A stretch of 63,914 nucleotides of DNA, filler included, from Psammoneis japonica (lineage: Eukaryota): NCBI GenBank assembly GCA_008632985.1. It is 4 parts of 4 records of this genome, joined end to end, with 100 filler letters (N's around TTAATTAATTAA, not from the genome) between each part and the next. Parts side by side here need not be neighbours in the genome. Positions count along the whole stretch, not along the records: positions 20,701 to 41,081 come from QPGO01000449.1; positions 41,182 to 61,565 come from QPGO01000450.1; 2 more parts are not named here. One strand, 5' to 3'. Below, piece by piece: positions 40,101 through 52,139 of this stretch (the stretch's first letter is position 1; each line of letters opens with the position of its first letter). The notes under the pieces were generated by a model, which saw nothing but the letters and a program-made list of their open reading frames with translations, had not been told where the DNA came from and did not search any database. Made by a program: the position numbers and the translations under genes.

Positions 40101-41081
40101 CCCATGTTCAAGTCCAGCATGCGGGAGGTGAAGAGACTGGCTGTGAGGGGCACTCGTGCTGTTGCCAGTCATTTCGGTGTGGCATCACCATCAGGTGATG
40201 CTGGTCCAGGCTGGTCGCTGTGTGCCCCTGCTGCACACATGTGCGCTGGGGGTGTGGGTTAGCTTGTTGCCGGAGTTGCTGGGCGGAATCGCAATGGCAC
40301 CTTAAAAATGGATGTTTGGTTTTGTTTTCTCACATGACTCCCAGTGCTTGTGGGTGGTGTGGTCTTGTGTCTCCTTGACCACAGCCTCCTTCCTTGAATT
40401 TGCTGCATCTGGCTGCTTCACAGCTTCATGCATGTGCACAGTGTCTGGGTCAGCAGAGGCTTTCAAGGAACAAACCACAGGATCATCGAGATCCACCTGG
40501 AAATCATGTTCTGAGCACATGCATTGGTCCAATGTTTTGAATTTGGATCTGCACAACATGACATTGGCATGGCGCTGCAGTTCTGACTCGATCATGCGCT
40601 TTGTTGGTTGAACAGTGCGTCCAGACCATGTTGCTCTCATTGCTGGCAGAGGCTCTGGTTTGGGTGCTTTGGACTCTGGAAGCAATTCAGGGGTTTCAGA
40701 TGCTCCCTCATTCATCGTGGTTGCATGTCTTTGTCCTCCTCAACCAGCTCCTCTGGAACAGCCACTTCTTTGGGCATTTCAGCAGGTTCGATGTCATGGC
40801 GGATGTCATTTGCAATTCACGGTTCTGGCGCGTGCTGTCGTCTTGGTCTTTTCTTCGACTTGTGGTTGAACTTGTGAGTCTCGAATGAAGTGACAGATCT
40901 GTTACAGTGTGTTGCCAGCAGGACTCAGTCGCGTGTTGAGATTTGAGCATTTCGAACAAATTGTCGAACCTCACATGACACTGTGGCGAGACCATGCCCG
41001 CTGAGAGGTTCAACACCAAAGCGACCGACCGACAGTGCCGCGGTGATGGTCCAAGGTGTGGACCAACTCGACAACGAGAGT
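37142..41081 (-). mobile_element. Ty1/Copia (CoDi-like) retrotransposon, 3' part, with 320-bp 3' LTR at 37142-37461
   Basis: IN tail LGPSPRH.RSVALVLN...VSPQCHVRFD; RT LLVCTDD (YVDD) and HPDVACATHQL; RNase H CVDADFCG and QQADFLTK. PPT GAGGGAGTG; LTR termini TGAGAAC...GTTCTCA. Truncated by the gap. Confidence 0.9.
39020..40325 (+). mobile_element. 5'-truncated LINE (RNase H C-terminus plus zinc knuckle) inserted in the Copia, with an 18-bp TSD
   Basis: TTTCTCACATGACTCCCA at 39002-39019 and 40326-40343. Motifs VKWTKGHKD...LNVRANKTA, CTHC...EDWDHIPKC, IGWRQIFNGRF and LWDQHN. Confidence 0.85.
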
Positions 41082-41256
41082 NNNNNNNNNNNNNNNNNNN
41101 NNNNNNNNNNNNNNNNNNNNNNNNNTTAATTAATTAANNNNNNNNNNNNNNNNNNNNNNNNNNNNNNNNNNNNNNNNNNNNAGTATTCGTCTTGCCACGA
41201 TGAGCCATTGCTTGTTTGTTTTAAGTTCTATTTTGATAATTCCAGCTTTTCAACAC

Positions 41257-42240
41257 TCACTTTTCTCTTGTATACACATTAAAGTACTCTTGGCCTTGCG
41301 GAGAATACCCACGTTCTATCCACAAGGATCCATCAAAGAAACTGCTTTCGACGTAATTGGCGCGTCCCTTGAGCAAACCAAAGAGACCCACGGGTAAATT
41401 GGACAAGCCAAAGACATCGGTTGTAATTTGGTCATAGACAAAGGTCAACAATCCAGGATTGACGGGCCCAGGCTATATAGCGTTACACCAGAGTAAAAAA
41501 AGGGAACGACTAGAACGTGAGCACAGCAAAGAGAGCATGGCATACAACATGGACTCGCCCAATATGATGTAACCCATACAGCCAAACTTACGTCCACTGT
41601 CCAAGTACTCTTTGCCACGAGACGATTCAATCCCAGCGTCTTTTCGCTAAATTGCAAAGCATAATCCATCTTGGTCTCGTCAATGAAATCCAATTGAATG
41701 GTTGCATCGCTTGGAAGATCACCCATGGTGGCCCCGTCGGTCGAAAACACCAAGGTCCATTTCGTATTGGGCAGTACGCTTCCAATTTGTCCCAGAGGCA
41801 ACATGGATGGTCGTTGTGCAATAATTTTCTTGACATAGCCCGTCAATTCCAACTTTTTTTCAATCATTAATTGCGAGACCGAATCCCCTGATCCTTCATG
41901 GCTTGTAGTTGAACTTTTATTCTTGGTATTCAAAATTGGTGCTTGCTTCTTTGTCTTTGTTGCTACTTTCACTTGTTTTGGAAGAAAAGCCCTTGCTCTT
42001 GTCGGCTGCAAAGAGTTTCGACTTTCTGTGGCGGTTTTTGAGTCAGAAACGTGGCAATTCGATTCTGACGAGTAGTACTATCACTACTGACGACTCCTGG
42101 AGTGCCATGTGTAGACACAAAAGCTCCGTCTATTGATATCAATGAGGAAGTAATAAGGATCGTTGCGAGGACAACAGTTATCTTTCTCAAGCCGCCGCCG
42201 TGTCGCGAAGAATGTTGTTGGAGTTGCGAGATGAGCTCAT
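41257..42240 (-). CDS. Plastid-targeted fibrillin/PAP-like protein, intron 41473-41591
   Basis: Hydrophobic leader ending IDG-AFV (diatom ASAF-type); KWTLVFST; FFDGSLWIERG. GTAAGT...TAG intron in frame. Two apparent indels near 42190 and 42010. Confidence 0.6.
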
Positions 42241-42472
42241 TGTTGTTGGTATGTTTGTATGTTGTGAGAAAAAGGACTGTACGGAAAGAGACACACTGCT
42301 TTTGTAGCAACTGAGAAAATACGAAAGCTTTATCGGAATGGGAATGACACACAACACTTGAATGCCGAGTCAATCGGGTTGACAACTGACAACAGTGAAA
42401 TCATAAAGATCATGAATCATCATGAGGTTGGTGTCGTGTGTCGTGTCGTGTGCGTGATGACGGTGACGGCAG

Positions 42473-42579
42473 CGAGTCCCGAATGGACTTTGAGTCCCGA
42501 ACACCTTACCAAAATTTTGGTAGGGCTAAATACCAAAATTTTGGTAAGGTGTTCGGGACTCAGACCTATTCGGGACTCG
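42473..42579. repeat. Nested perfect palindrome between two divergent genes
   Basis: 32-bp arms at 42491-42522 and 42531-42562, each containing the palindrome TACCAAAATTTTGGTA. Outer 12-bp arms CGAGTCCCGAAT/ATTCGGGACTCG. Confidence 0.95.
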
Positions 42580-42780
42580 AATCTTCTCTCTGTCCGTGCC
42601 TCCACAATCCCTTGCCGGTACACAGTGGACACTCGTACAAAATTCACGAACTCGGCTTTCTCCTCACTTTTTCGGGAACGGGAAAAACAAAAAGCACACT
42701 TTTGCACGAATATCAATTCTGCAAAGACAACAACTGAAACAGAACGCAAAAGGCAACAATACAATACTACCAATTCCATC

Positions 42781-43557
42781 ATGGACTGTCAAGAAGAAAC
42801 AAGAAAGAGTGTACGCTTTTGCAAAAGTGTCGCGGTTCATCGATACCAAAAGGCACCGCACTTTCAATGGTACAATATGGCGGAGCAAACACAAATCAAA
42901 AAGGACGCACTTTGGGTAGTGAGAAAAGCGTCTTCTCAAAATGCAGAATTGTTTGGCATATGTAGTGCAACAAAGCACTTGTTGGACAATACCTTTACCA
43001 GCATGTCCTTGACACACCAACTCTTGGCGCAGTGGAGTCGATTCTGTGGACCATTACGTGGATTGGAGCGATTGGTCAATATCAAACACGGAAAGGAAAG
43101 ACACCAGCGACAGAAAAATGTCGTTCAAGCAGTCTTGTACGCACAGTATATAAACAAACAACTCGACAACTACAATGATGTAGATTTGATTGCACAAGTG
43201 TCATGCGACAAGTCGAGACACGCAGTGGAGTTTGCTCAACAAATTGCCCTGGCGGACTATCGTGCCTTGGCTACCGAAATGTCACCACAAGAAGAACAAC
43301 AACATCAATTGTTTCTACAAAAGCATGTTCGAGTCGAACAAGAACCACAAAATATGAGCAAGAAGGATATCAAGAGCGGCCGCGGCATTTCCATCTCGCC
43401 ATTAGAAGCCATCAAGGGCTTTTCAAAACAAACTTCCGAAAAGTTGGAGGATGTAGAGATGGAAGTCACACCAAAACAGAGTGGTCCTCCATTTTCTCCA
43501 ATAAAGCCATTGAAGCAAACTGTACCAAATGAAGACGTTGCCGTTGGGGTATGGTGA
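42781..43557 (+). CDS. Diatom-type hypothetical protein (KSVRF...WY...RGLE family)
   Basis: Intact ORF with KSVRF, WYN, LRGLERL, VQAVLYAQ and A..D motifs. Normal composition. Confidence 0.75.
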   Translation: MDCQEETRKSVRFCKSVAVHRYQKAPHFQWYNMAEQTQIKKDALWVVRKASSQNAELFGICSATKHLLDNTFTSMSLTHQLLAQWSRFCGPLRGLERLVNIKHGKERHQRQKNVVQAVLYAQYINKQLDNYNDVDLIAQVSCDKSRHAVEFAQQIALADYRALATEMSPQEEQQHQLFLQKHVRVEQEPQNMSKKDIKSGRGISISPLEAIKGFSKQTSEKLEDVEMEVTPKQSGPPFSPIKPLKQTVPNEDVAVGVW

Positions 43558-43983
43558 TGCTCGAGTCGGGGTTGACTCGTGATGGCTTCAAAGCACAATA
43601 AGGTAACAAGTAGTGCACTCTACTAGCTAGACATATAGATTCAATTAGATATTTAAGTAGTATCTTAGGCGTTACCTATTATATAGTTCTGAATGTGTCT
43701 CTATCATAGTGAGTCCACGGTGAGCAGGGCAACGCCTGTTGTCGCCGCTATCGTTCTCATCTGCTTTTCCAATCCCAGGGCCATTGAACAATCTTTACGT
43801 TTTTGAATGCAGTGTCTTGTGGCTTTCGTGGTGCCTGCCTCGACACTTTCTATTACACTCTCAACACACGACACAACCTTCTGAGCAAGTACCGGTATGA
43901 AGGTTTCACAACGATGATGCGGATAAAAAAACCGCAACCCTCTTACGAATATATGAGATTTCTATTAAACTTTTGAATAGTAT

Positions 43984-45817
43984 CTAGTGTGACGCAACGC
44001 TTGTTCTGGATCCGACGGTACCCATTCCACTCAATACCGCCGCCATGCTGACATTTTCGTCTGCGGTACCAAATCCCGCAGCCTGTTGTGCAATACTCTT
44101 TCCACTGTGCGGAACAGGATCGTGAATGGCTTCCGTCATGGGAGCTACCTTGTTCTTTCGGATTATTCGGATTTGCGTACGTGTGTTTGCGTCGAGTGCC
44201 TGCGGTGATTTCAAGTACGGGTCTGACGGTTTCATAAAGTCTGGAATGTGACGAGGAGGAGCGGTACTGCTTACACGATGCTTTTCCAGATAAAACTCGC
44301 GTGAGTGACGTTGCTCGCTAAAGTTTGAGCTGACCGCCTCGGCATCCGAAGCCCCTGCTGCAACAGCAAGATCCCGTGCCCAAGTTGATACTGGTGATAC
44401 ACGCTCCTCGTCTTTTCCACATCATGTTTGCCAAACATTCGTTGTTTCCGCTGGTCGTCCAGCACAGCTTTTACTGCTATTCGTACATTCATTTGGCGTT
44501 GCTTGCCTTCTTCCATGGACGCAATGTGCTCCAATCCCTATCACAGCAAAAATAAAAGGCAGAAACTGGTGTAAGTGGCATGCAATATCTCTCAACCTCT
44601 GGTATAACAATAGAGCTTGATTCGTACTTACGCGGCGTGAATGACCAAACTTGTGCCACCATTTGTTGTCCAAGTCTTCCTTTTTCGATGGAGAGGACGA
44701 TGAAGATATCGACTCTTTCATTACACTGCTTTTGGTTCCCGGTGTTTGCCACGACTTGTTGGTCATGAGCCACACTTCACTCCCACCCTGCAACATGGCC
44801 TTGGCAACCAAGCGACCCGTCTTTTTAAAATCATCGTAATCGCTCTTTTGCCACCAAATGGCTCCCTTTTCAGCATATGTCATGTTTTTCCGAGACTTGA
44901 CAGTCACGACGCGAGCCATGGGAGCAAACTGCAAGCGTCGCGGATCGGATTCCTTCTTTTCTTCTTCGTGATAAACGGGAAAGAGTGCTCGCCGTTGTCC
45001 CGGAGCATCTTTGGGAGATTTGCGGGATTCGGGTAGATTCCTGGGTGTTTTCGTTGTTCCTCGTTTGAGAATACCCTTGATCTTGGGTTTTTCCTCGCTG
45101 TCTGGGGGCAGCTGATCAAGTAGCCCTTTACCGGCTGGTGGGGTGGATCAGCCATGAGTGGAGAGTCGGGTTGGGAGAGACCAAGTCTGGCCAAGACAGC
45201 GGATCGTTCTCGATCCGTCAGCTTGTCTCCCAGCACATCACTGCCTGTCGAAGACACTTCGTCGTCGTCTCGCTTTCCTCGCTTTGGTACGGTACTGGTG
45301 CTGTGGTCAACAATGGCTTGTTCGGTGGGAATCATATCGTTCGATGAGGTAACTCCATCCACAGAAGAGTTTGCTGACGGAGCTGAAGGAATCGAGTCGT
45401 CCTCGTTTTCATCGGTGGACTTGCTGCTTTGATCCTCGTTGTTTGCCATCCACGTAGGAAACAGACAACAAAAGATGTTTTTCTTGTCTCTTTCATGACC
45501 AAGTAGTGTTGGTGCATAAGGATCCATGTTGTAGCCATCATAGCTATATCCCGCATAATCCAAAGCAAACCTGAATAATCACCATACGAAGTAGTACTTG
45601 ACTCGTCGTTTGTTTTCGATGCTGCTGAGGCTGTTGATAAACTGTCCTTTTTGTTCTTTCCTGCAGATAGTTTATCGACTAGAGTAACTTCTGTCTGTGA
45701 CGACGGTCCATTCAAGCTGTTTCCACTTCTGTTTGTCGATCGGGTCGCTATTTTGTCTTCATTTTCAGCCAAGCTCGACAGTTGAGCATACGAGTCCCTC
45801 GTCAGACCCAACGCCAT
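43984..45817 (-). CDS. Diatom-type hypothetical protein (RGLE family), intron 44538-44631
   Basis: IWWQKSDY...WWHKFGHSRR|GLEHIAS...VKAVLDDQ. Several apparent 1-nt frameshifts. Confidence 0.65.
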
Positions 45818-47044
45818 GGCGAAAACACGTGTTTGTTGCCACAGAAAACAACCTACAAATCGGTATTCTTGTTTCTACAACTACCAAATTCACTTTCTCT
45901 CTGAAGAAAATCAATATAATTGAGAAAGCGTAGGTTAGACGGATAAGCGATGAAACCTAACAAGACTTGGAAGCACGTTCACGTGTTTTCGAGTCAATGA
46001 GAACACGACAAGCTGCAACGGAAAAAGAGTTCGCCACATCGACAACTCGAACAACCACGCGACAGCCACACGACGTGATTTTATCCGAAGGTGAATCATC
46101 CAAAAATTTCTGAAATGAATGTCTTCTACAGACATGAATATCGATAATGAAAAACACGTGGATTTCTACATACGTCAGCCGATAGGAATTCCACGTCGGA
46201 CCTTTGCACGGACTGTACTTAAAGACAACAATGTCCGAATGACAAAAGTCCGACATTTTACTTAGGAACACAAACCACCTGCAATAGATTCTCCGAATCT
46301 GATTGGCTCAACGACCAGTGAACGAACACCCTTCTTGTGTCACTGGATGGAAAAATTCAGCATGGCGAAAGAGCAGGAAGCTTGAAGCGCTTTCGACAAT
46401 GGAAACACAACGAACACAAACGAGAGCCTCGGAAAAATCCAATGATACCTACCTCGATCAAAAGAAGCAAAGCGTCAGATCGAATGGGAAGTTCTTTCTT
46501 CCGCCGTTGGAGTGAGAATCGCCGAGCACTTGTTGTTGAGAAAGAAGGGCAACTCTCGCAAAGAATGAGTTCGGCGTTGTGACCGTTTTAACTGGTAATC
46601 AGTAACGATATTATTTATATACGTGCAGCCTGACAGACTTACTTAGGAGATTCATGAATGGATGACGTCGCCAACCGGAGAGTGTTCGTCGGTTGATGCG
46701 TTAGATTGCGTCAGATCCCAGTACTAAAACTCCGTAGATTCTCACGTAGATTTTTGGCGGGAACTTCGACACACTTCAACATGCTGGATGCGGGAACTCG
46801 CCGATTATTTCCGCTTGTTGCGTTGTGCGTGGTGTTGTCTTCGTTTGAGAAGCCTTGTCGACAAAGGTACCGAACACCTGCGGAGGCAAACATATTTGTT
46901 GCATTCTCCGGCTTGAGAGTGCATTGCTACCCTGTAAAGTTGTCGAGATTGGTACCTGTAGCGAGTTAGCAAGTGAAGCGGTTCTCACAATCACTACAAA
47001 TCACCTAACAAGAACATCACCCCCATTTACTATCGTGAGACAAC

Positions 47045-48011
47045 ATGGCGGAACTCACCGATGCCGATTTGAAGCCTCACATTGAGCGATTGGTGCACAA
47101 GGTTGACTTGGATAGCACGAGTGCCAAAAAGTTTACAGCCCAACTATCAGAAGAGCTGGCGGCATTGACCTAAGCGGTCACAAGAAATTCATCAAAGCGA
47201 CCCTGCATGAAGTGATTCAGAAAATGGAACAAGACAAGCAAGACGAAAGTAGCGAGAAGAAGAGGATGAACCAGCACCACCGCCGAGAAAGAAAGCCAAG
47301 AGCAGCGGTGGAGGTGGTGGAGGCTTGGCTGCTCGTAAGGAAATATCAGACGAGCTTGCGGCCTTTCTGGGAAAGGGCAAGCAAATGGCTCGTACCGAAA
47401 TTGTCAAGGAACTCTGGGCATATATTCGGGAGCATGATTTGCAAAACCCAAACGACAAGCGTGAAATTCTGTTGGATGCAGAAATGCAAAAGGTCTTTGG
47501 TTGCAAGTCCTTTACCATGTTTAGCATGAACAAATACGTCGGAGCGCACATTCATCCATTCAAACCAGTCGATTTGACGTCGTCACCCAAAAAGAAAAAG
47601 GCGGCTGCTGCTACCTCCAAGAATGGAAAGAAGAAAGGACAGGATACGAAAAAGAGAAGAAGTGGAACGCAGGCACCGTACCAACTATCTCCCGAGTTGA
47701 TTCGGGTGGTTGAGAAGCGAATCTTGCCACGGCCTCAAGTCACACAAGCCTTGTGGGCGTATATTCGAAAGCACAATTTGCAAAATCCAAATGATAAGCG
47801 AGAAATTCTTTGTGATGACAAGCTACGTGCCGTCATGGGTGGAAAGGAAAAAGTTACCATGTTTAGTATGAACAAGTACATTACTCCACACTTGTTGGAG
47901 AAACTGGACAAGAGCTATTACAATCACGCGCAAGAGGAAAACGAGGACTCGGATCAGCATGATAGCGAATCAGGGGGAAGTGGGGCAGAATCTAGTGATG
48001 ACGAGGAATAG
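47045..48011 (+). CDS. DEK-C plus two SWIB/MDM2 domain protein (UAF30/Spp27-like)
   Basis: ARTEIVKELWAYIREHDLQNPNDKREILLD and PRPQVTQALWAYIRKHNLQNPNDKREILCD. DEK-C-like N-terminus from ATG 47045 with two apparent indels. Confidence 0.85.
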
Positions 48012-48364
48012 GCGGGGATGGAGAGGAAGTGTGTTCAATTGCATAATCGTACAATTCGAAGAGCGAGCGGTTTGTCAGTCTATTTTACTGTTAAGAATCT
48101 AGATGAGCGCCTCGTTCAATGCATAACATAGTTTCTTTATAGAGTCCTTGCTTGCTTCCTCTACTCTGCGGCGAACACTTGCAAAGGAAGATTCATAACA
48201 TGAAGCCATCGGGAATGCGCACTAGTCCAACTGTGCCTTAGAAGATCACAGGTTTCACTTGTTGCTTACAATAAAAAAGAGTAAAACAACAAAGAAACCG
48301 TGCATTTTTTCTCTCCACATGGCCTAAATTCTAAACCACGACCACAAGAACAATTCTTGAGCAG

Positions 48365-49553
48365 TTACAGGGTGAAGGGACGAACAGGCGCTGCTTCCAA
48401 AGCAAAAGCGGCGCAAGCATGTCTGCAATGACAAGTGTTCTTGCCAGTCAATGAATGATCATTGTTCAAAACAGTCAAACCCAGCATGGCATGTGCAGCT
48501 TCTCCACACTCCAGTTGATCCCAAGTTGTTGCAGCATGGTCTTTTGTCAATTTGGGTGATGACACACCATGAATCTTTTGCCACACCAACAAAAAGCCCC
48601 ACCACTTCCATCTTGTTCATCAGCTGCATTGCTGCAACAAATGCCAAGCCCAGCGGGGCAAAGCACACCACTTTATTGGGCACATTCATTGGAGCAATGG
48701 TTGGGAAACATTGCTTGTCCCTTCAATGTCACCTCAACCCAAACAGTCAGTGGCCATGGGAGCTGTGAGCTGGGCAGTGCTTGAACACCTGCAACAAGAA
48801 AAACAAGAAGAAAGTTTGTTGTGTGCGCTGGCTTGCACAAATGGAAACACAAGACCTGTGAACCATCTTCTCAGCAAGGAGAGAGGCAAGAGTTTGCAAG
48901 CTGTTGTGTTTTTGCCATGCAGCAGCTCTCCAGGAATGACAAAATCAAAAACTGTTTTGCCACTGCTGCCTCGCTGCTGCCACCCACACCAACACCGACC
49001 ACAAAACACAACACAAGCTCCATGTTTAAAGCACTGCTGTGCTTCTGCCCTGCAACTCTGGCAACAAGCTAACCCACACCCCCAGTGCATCATGTGATGT
49101 GGCACGCAGCAGCAGAGATGCGCAACAACCAGTCGAGAATCATGCCACAAGGCTGTGGTGCCCACCAGAAACAGCTGGCAGCAACAAAAACAGGACCAGC
49201 ACAATGACACTTCAAAAGCAAAGCATTTGATGCTTCACTTGGGTTTTCTTCCTGAGATTGGATCTGGCAGCAAAGGTGAAACAGGCAATCTGGAAAAGTT
49301 TCAACATGAGGAAGGGCAGGACAGAAAATGACCTCCAACTTGCGCTGAGCTGGACTCAAATTCACACTTCTGGGAGCAGCAACAACAGAAAAATGTTTGC
49401 AACATGGGGCAGAGAACTTAAAAGGACAATTAGCAGAAGGGGAGTCATTGACACTGGAGAGGCATGGACTGAGAGCAGCTGGCAAGTTGGCAAGCTGATC
49501 GTCCAAAAGGACCTTCAAGACACATGGAAAATGTGCTGAAACTTGTTCAGACT
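48365..49553 (+). mobile_element. Hypermutated fragment, possibly a LINE 3' region, cut by the LTR element
   Basis: Trp-spaced QAIWKSF..KGR...WTQ...W...WQ...WKM pattern and TpA-depleted composition. Confidence 0.3.
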
Positions 49554-52139
49554 TGACAGAATGCAAAGACAAATGGCAAGAATTCAAACAATGACTCCTT
49601 GCTGCTGTCTAAACAGCAGATGAGTCTCCACTCAGAGACCATCACAGGAGCCGAAAGACTGGTGTGTCGGCACAATCAGGCTGCTGTCATTCTTCTTGTG
49701 AGCCGTGTGGCTCGAAAGCAAACTGCATCGTGCGCGCACGTGCGGAGCTAAAGATGCGAGTAGCGCATGACAAATCACGCGCACCTAAAATCATGTTCAA
49801 ATCCTGTCACTCCCCATTTTGCTTGAGGGGCCACAGAAACAGATTTGACTTTGGATTGACTAAAGAACTTTGGAATCAAAGCACCAAAACATGAGGAGAC
49901 AAGAAAGGATCAAGGTCCTGGAGCAACGTTGCATTCTCCAAATGGGTCATCTTGAGTTGGGCTGCGTCTCCCCAATTGCAGATGCCGTTGCACCTTTTGA
50001 AGCTCAAGGCACACTTGGGATCTTGTGGGATTCCACATCTGCACTTGCAATGGAAGGAGCAAAGTTTGGTCTGGTTGACAATGTTGAACAGCGGGGCAAC
50101 ATCGCAGGACAATGTAGACAAGTTGACATCACCGTCACTCCCCAAACTAAGGTCATAAAGACTGACAGCCACCAAGGGATCCTGATTGGGAGGCCCAGTC
50201 TTGAGGTGCGAGACTTGAGGGATCCAATCAGGAGGCCCAGTCTCGAGATGCGAAGTTCCAGGGATCCAATCAGGAGGCACAGTCTCAAGATGCGAGACTT
50301 TAGGGATCCAGTCAGGAGGCCCAGTCTCCGGGTGTGAGACATGGGGGATCCAATCAGTGCGAAGCTGCTTGGATGTCCTGAACTCCCCATCTGATGAACC
50401 GGTTGAACTGTTGTGAACAGATTTGATGATGGGAAAAGGAGGCTCCCCATCAGGAGATGCAAGAAGCAAGTTGTCATTGCCGTCACTTCCCAAACAAAGG
50501 TCATGAAGGGTGACAGCAGCCAACACTTTGAGGTTGGCAGCATGTGGTTTGCGAGGTGCAAGGGTTGCAGCTTTGGAAGCCGTGGGTGGAGTGTCCCAAC
50601 TGGTTTCAAAGTGCGGGCCTGCGTAAGGGCTGCAATCCTGCACTAGGCCGAGGCTGCTTGCAGGCGGGGTGGTCAAGACATGCGGGGCGCGACTGATGCC
50701 AAAAGATGGGGACACCTGAGTGGCGGCACAGTGCGGGACTGGCGTCAAAATGGTGCTGGGTTCACCTGGTTTGGATGGCAAGGGACCCGGCACAGGTGCG
50801 GAGGGTGCTGCACCAGTGGCCAGAGAGGTCAAGCAGTCCGGACCAAGGCGGCAGTTGCGAAATTCCTCGGGTGTGAACAACTGAGGGTTGTTGCTGACGT
50901 CATCACCATTGCGGGATTTGACAGTGTAGAAACTGATCAAAGCTGCCAACAGATTCTTGTGCCCACGTGGCAAAGGTGCAATGCTGCCGTTGTTGTCATA
51001 GACGAGGGCGTCGATTTGGGACGGGAGAAAAGCAAACAGATCTTCGCACGAATCAGAGCCATCAATTGACAGAGCTGATCAAAGAGGGCTGTTCTCACTT
51101 TGGTTGAGCACAGTGCCGAGAATGCACTCAAAGCTTTTGGTTTGTTGCTGTCGCGTGAGAACCATGACAAAGGATGGTGCAGCAGATGCAAATGACAGGA
51201 ACGAATCTAGAGCGTGGTCTCGACCAGAAGTTTTGACTGGAAACTTGGGTTGCAAAACTTGACTTGAAACAGACTTGACTTGAAACAGACTTGACTTGAA
51301 ATCTTGAACTATCTCAAGATCAGAAGTTGCCGGGTTGTGCTGTCCTGTTTGCAGCCAAGTGCAAAACTTCCCATCCGGACCGCAGAGTTGTGTGGGCATG
51401 TCCGAACCCGCAGCTGGTGGCGCTTTGGGTTGCTTGCGAACGGAGCAGCAGGTTGTAAGCCCCTGCAGGCAAGCTAACCAGAGGTGGACAAGACCCCCGA
51501 ACCGTTCTTATTTTGTGTCGGTTGGATTTCCCGATCAGGCTGGCCAGCTGACGTTGGCGTCAGGTGCTGTGGACGAACGAACAAATGCGGGAAAAGCACC
51601 CTCGCCCCAACGTAGACTGCAATCACGGCTGCTTGCTCTCACAGTCATCCTCGTGGACCTGGCAGAACTGCAGAGCACCAGCAGTCTGGGGCAGACAGGA
51701 AACAATGGACTCGGCGTGCGTGTGGGGAAGTGGCAAGGCCGGAGTCAAAGGAGCAGGATCAAGTCCTTGGTTGTCTCGGTCGTGAAAAAGCATGTGCATG
51801 TGTGCATTCAGCGATGAAGCTCCTTGAATGGGTGTGGGGTTCTTGACCGTTAACCGTTGAATGAACATGTCCAGCGACCGTCAACCGATGAATGAAGATT
51901 TCAAGCGACGGGGATCAAGAACAGACTTGGAAACAGCCGTTGAATGCAGGTCTTTGGCAAACAAAAGGTGGCACAATCAATCCAGACATGCAGCAGTAAA
52001 AGGAGTCCAATGGGGAGGTTAAACTCCTGCCGATGCTTGGCATTGAGTGCGCGTAGACATGCCGATGTAAGCAGAACACACACAGAGGCCTGCGCAAAAT
52101 GAAAACAGCATCGTCGGCAGATCAATGACGACGATGGTG
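49554..52139 (-). mobile_element. Second copy of the non-autonomous LTR element; 3' LTR at 49554-49809, 5' end interrupted by Gypsy A
   Basis: Collinear reverse complement of 12750-15735: LTR, PPT, gag-like ORF and 42-bp repeats. Confidence 0.92.

Noticed and set aside
41257..48011. Programmed frameshifting or pseudogenisation of the host genes (also near 26350)
   Set aside because: Scattered 1-nt shifts across unrelated, otherwise conserved genes are best explained by assembly indel errors.
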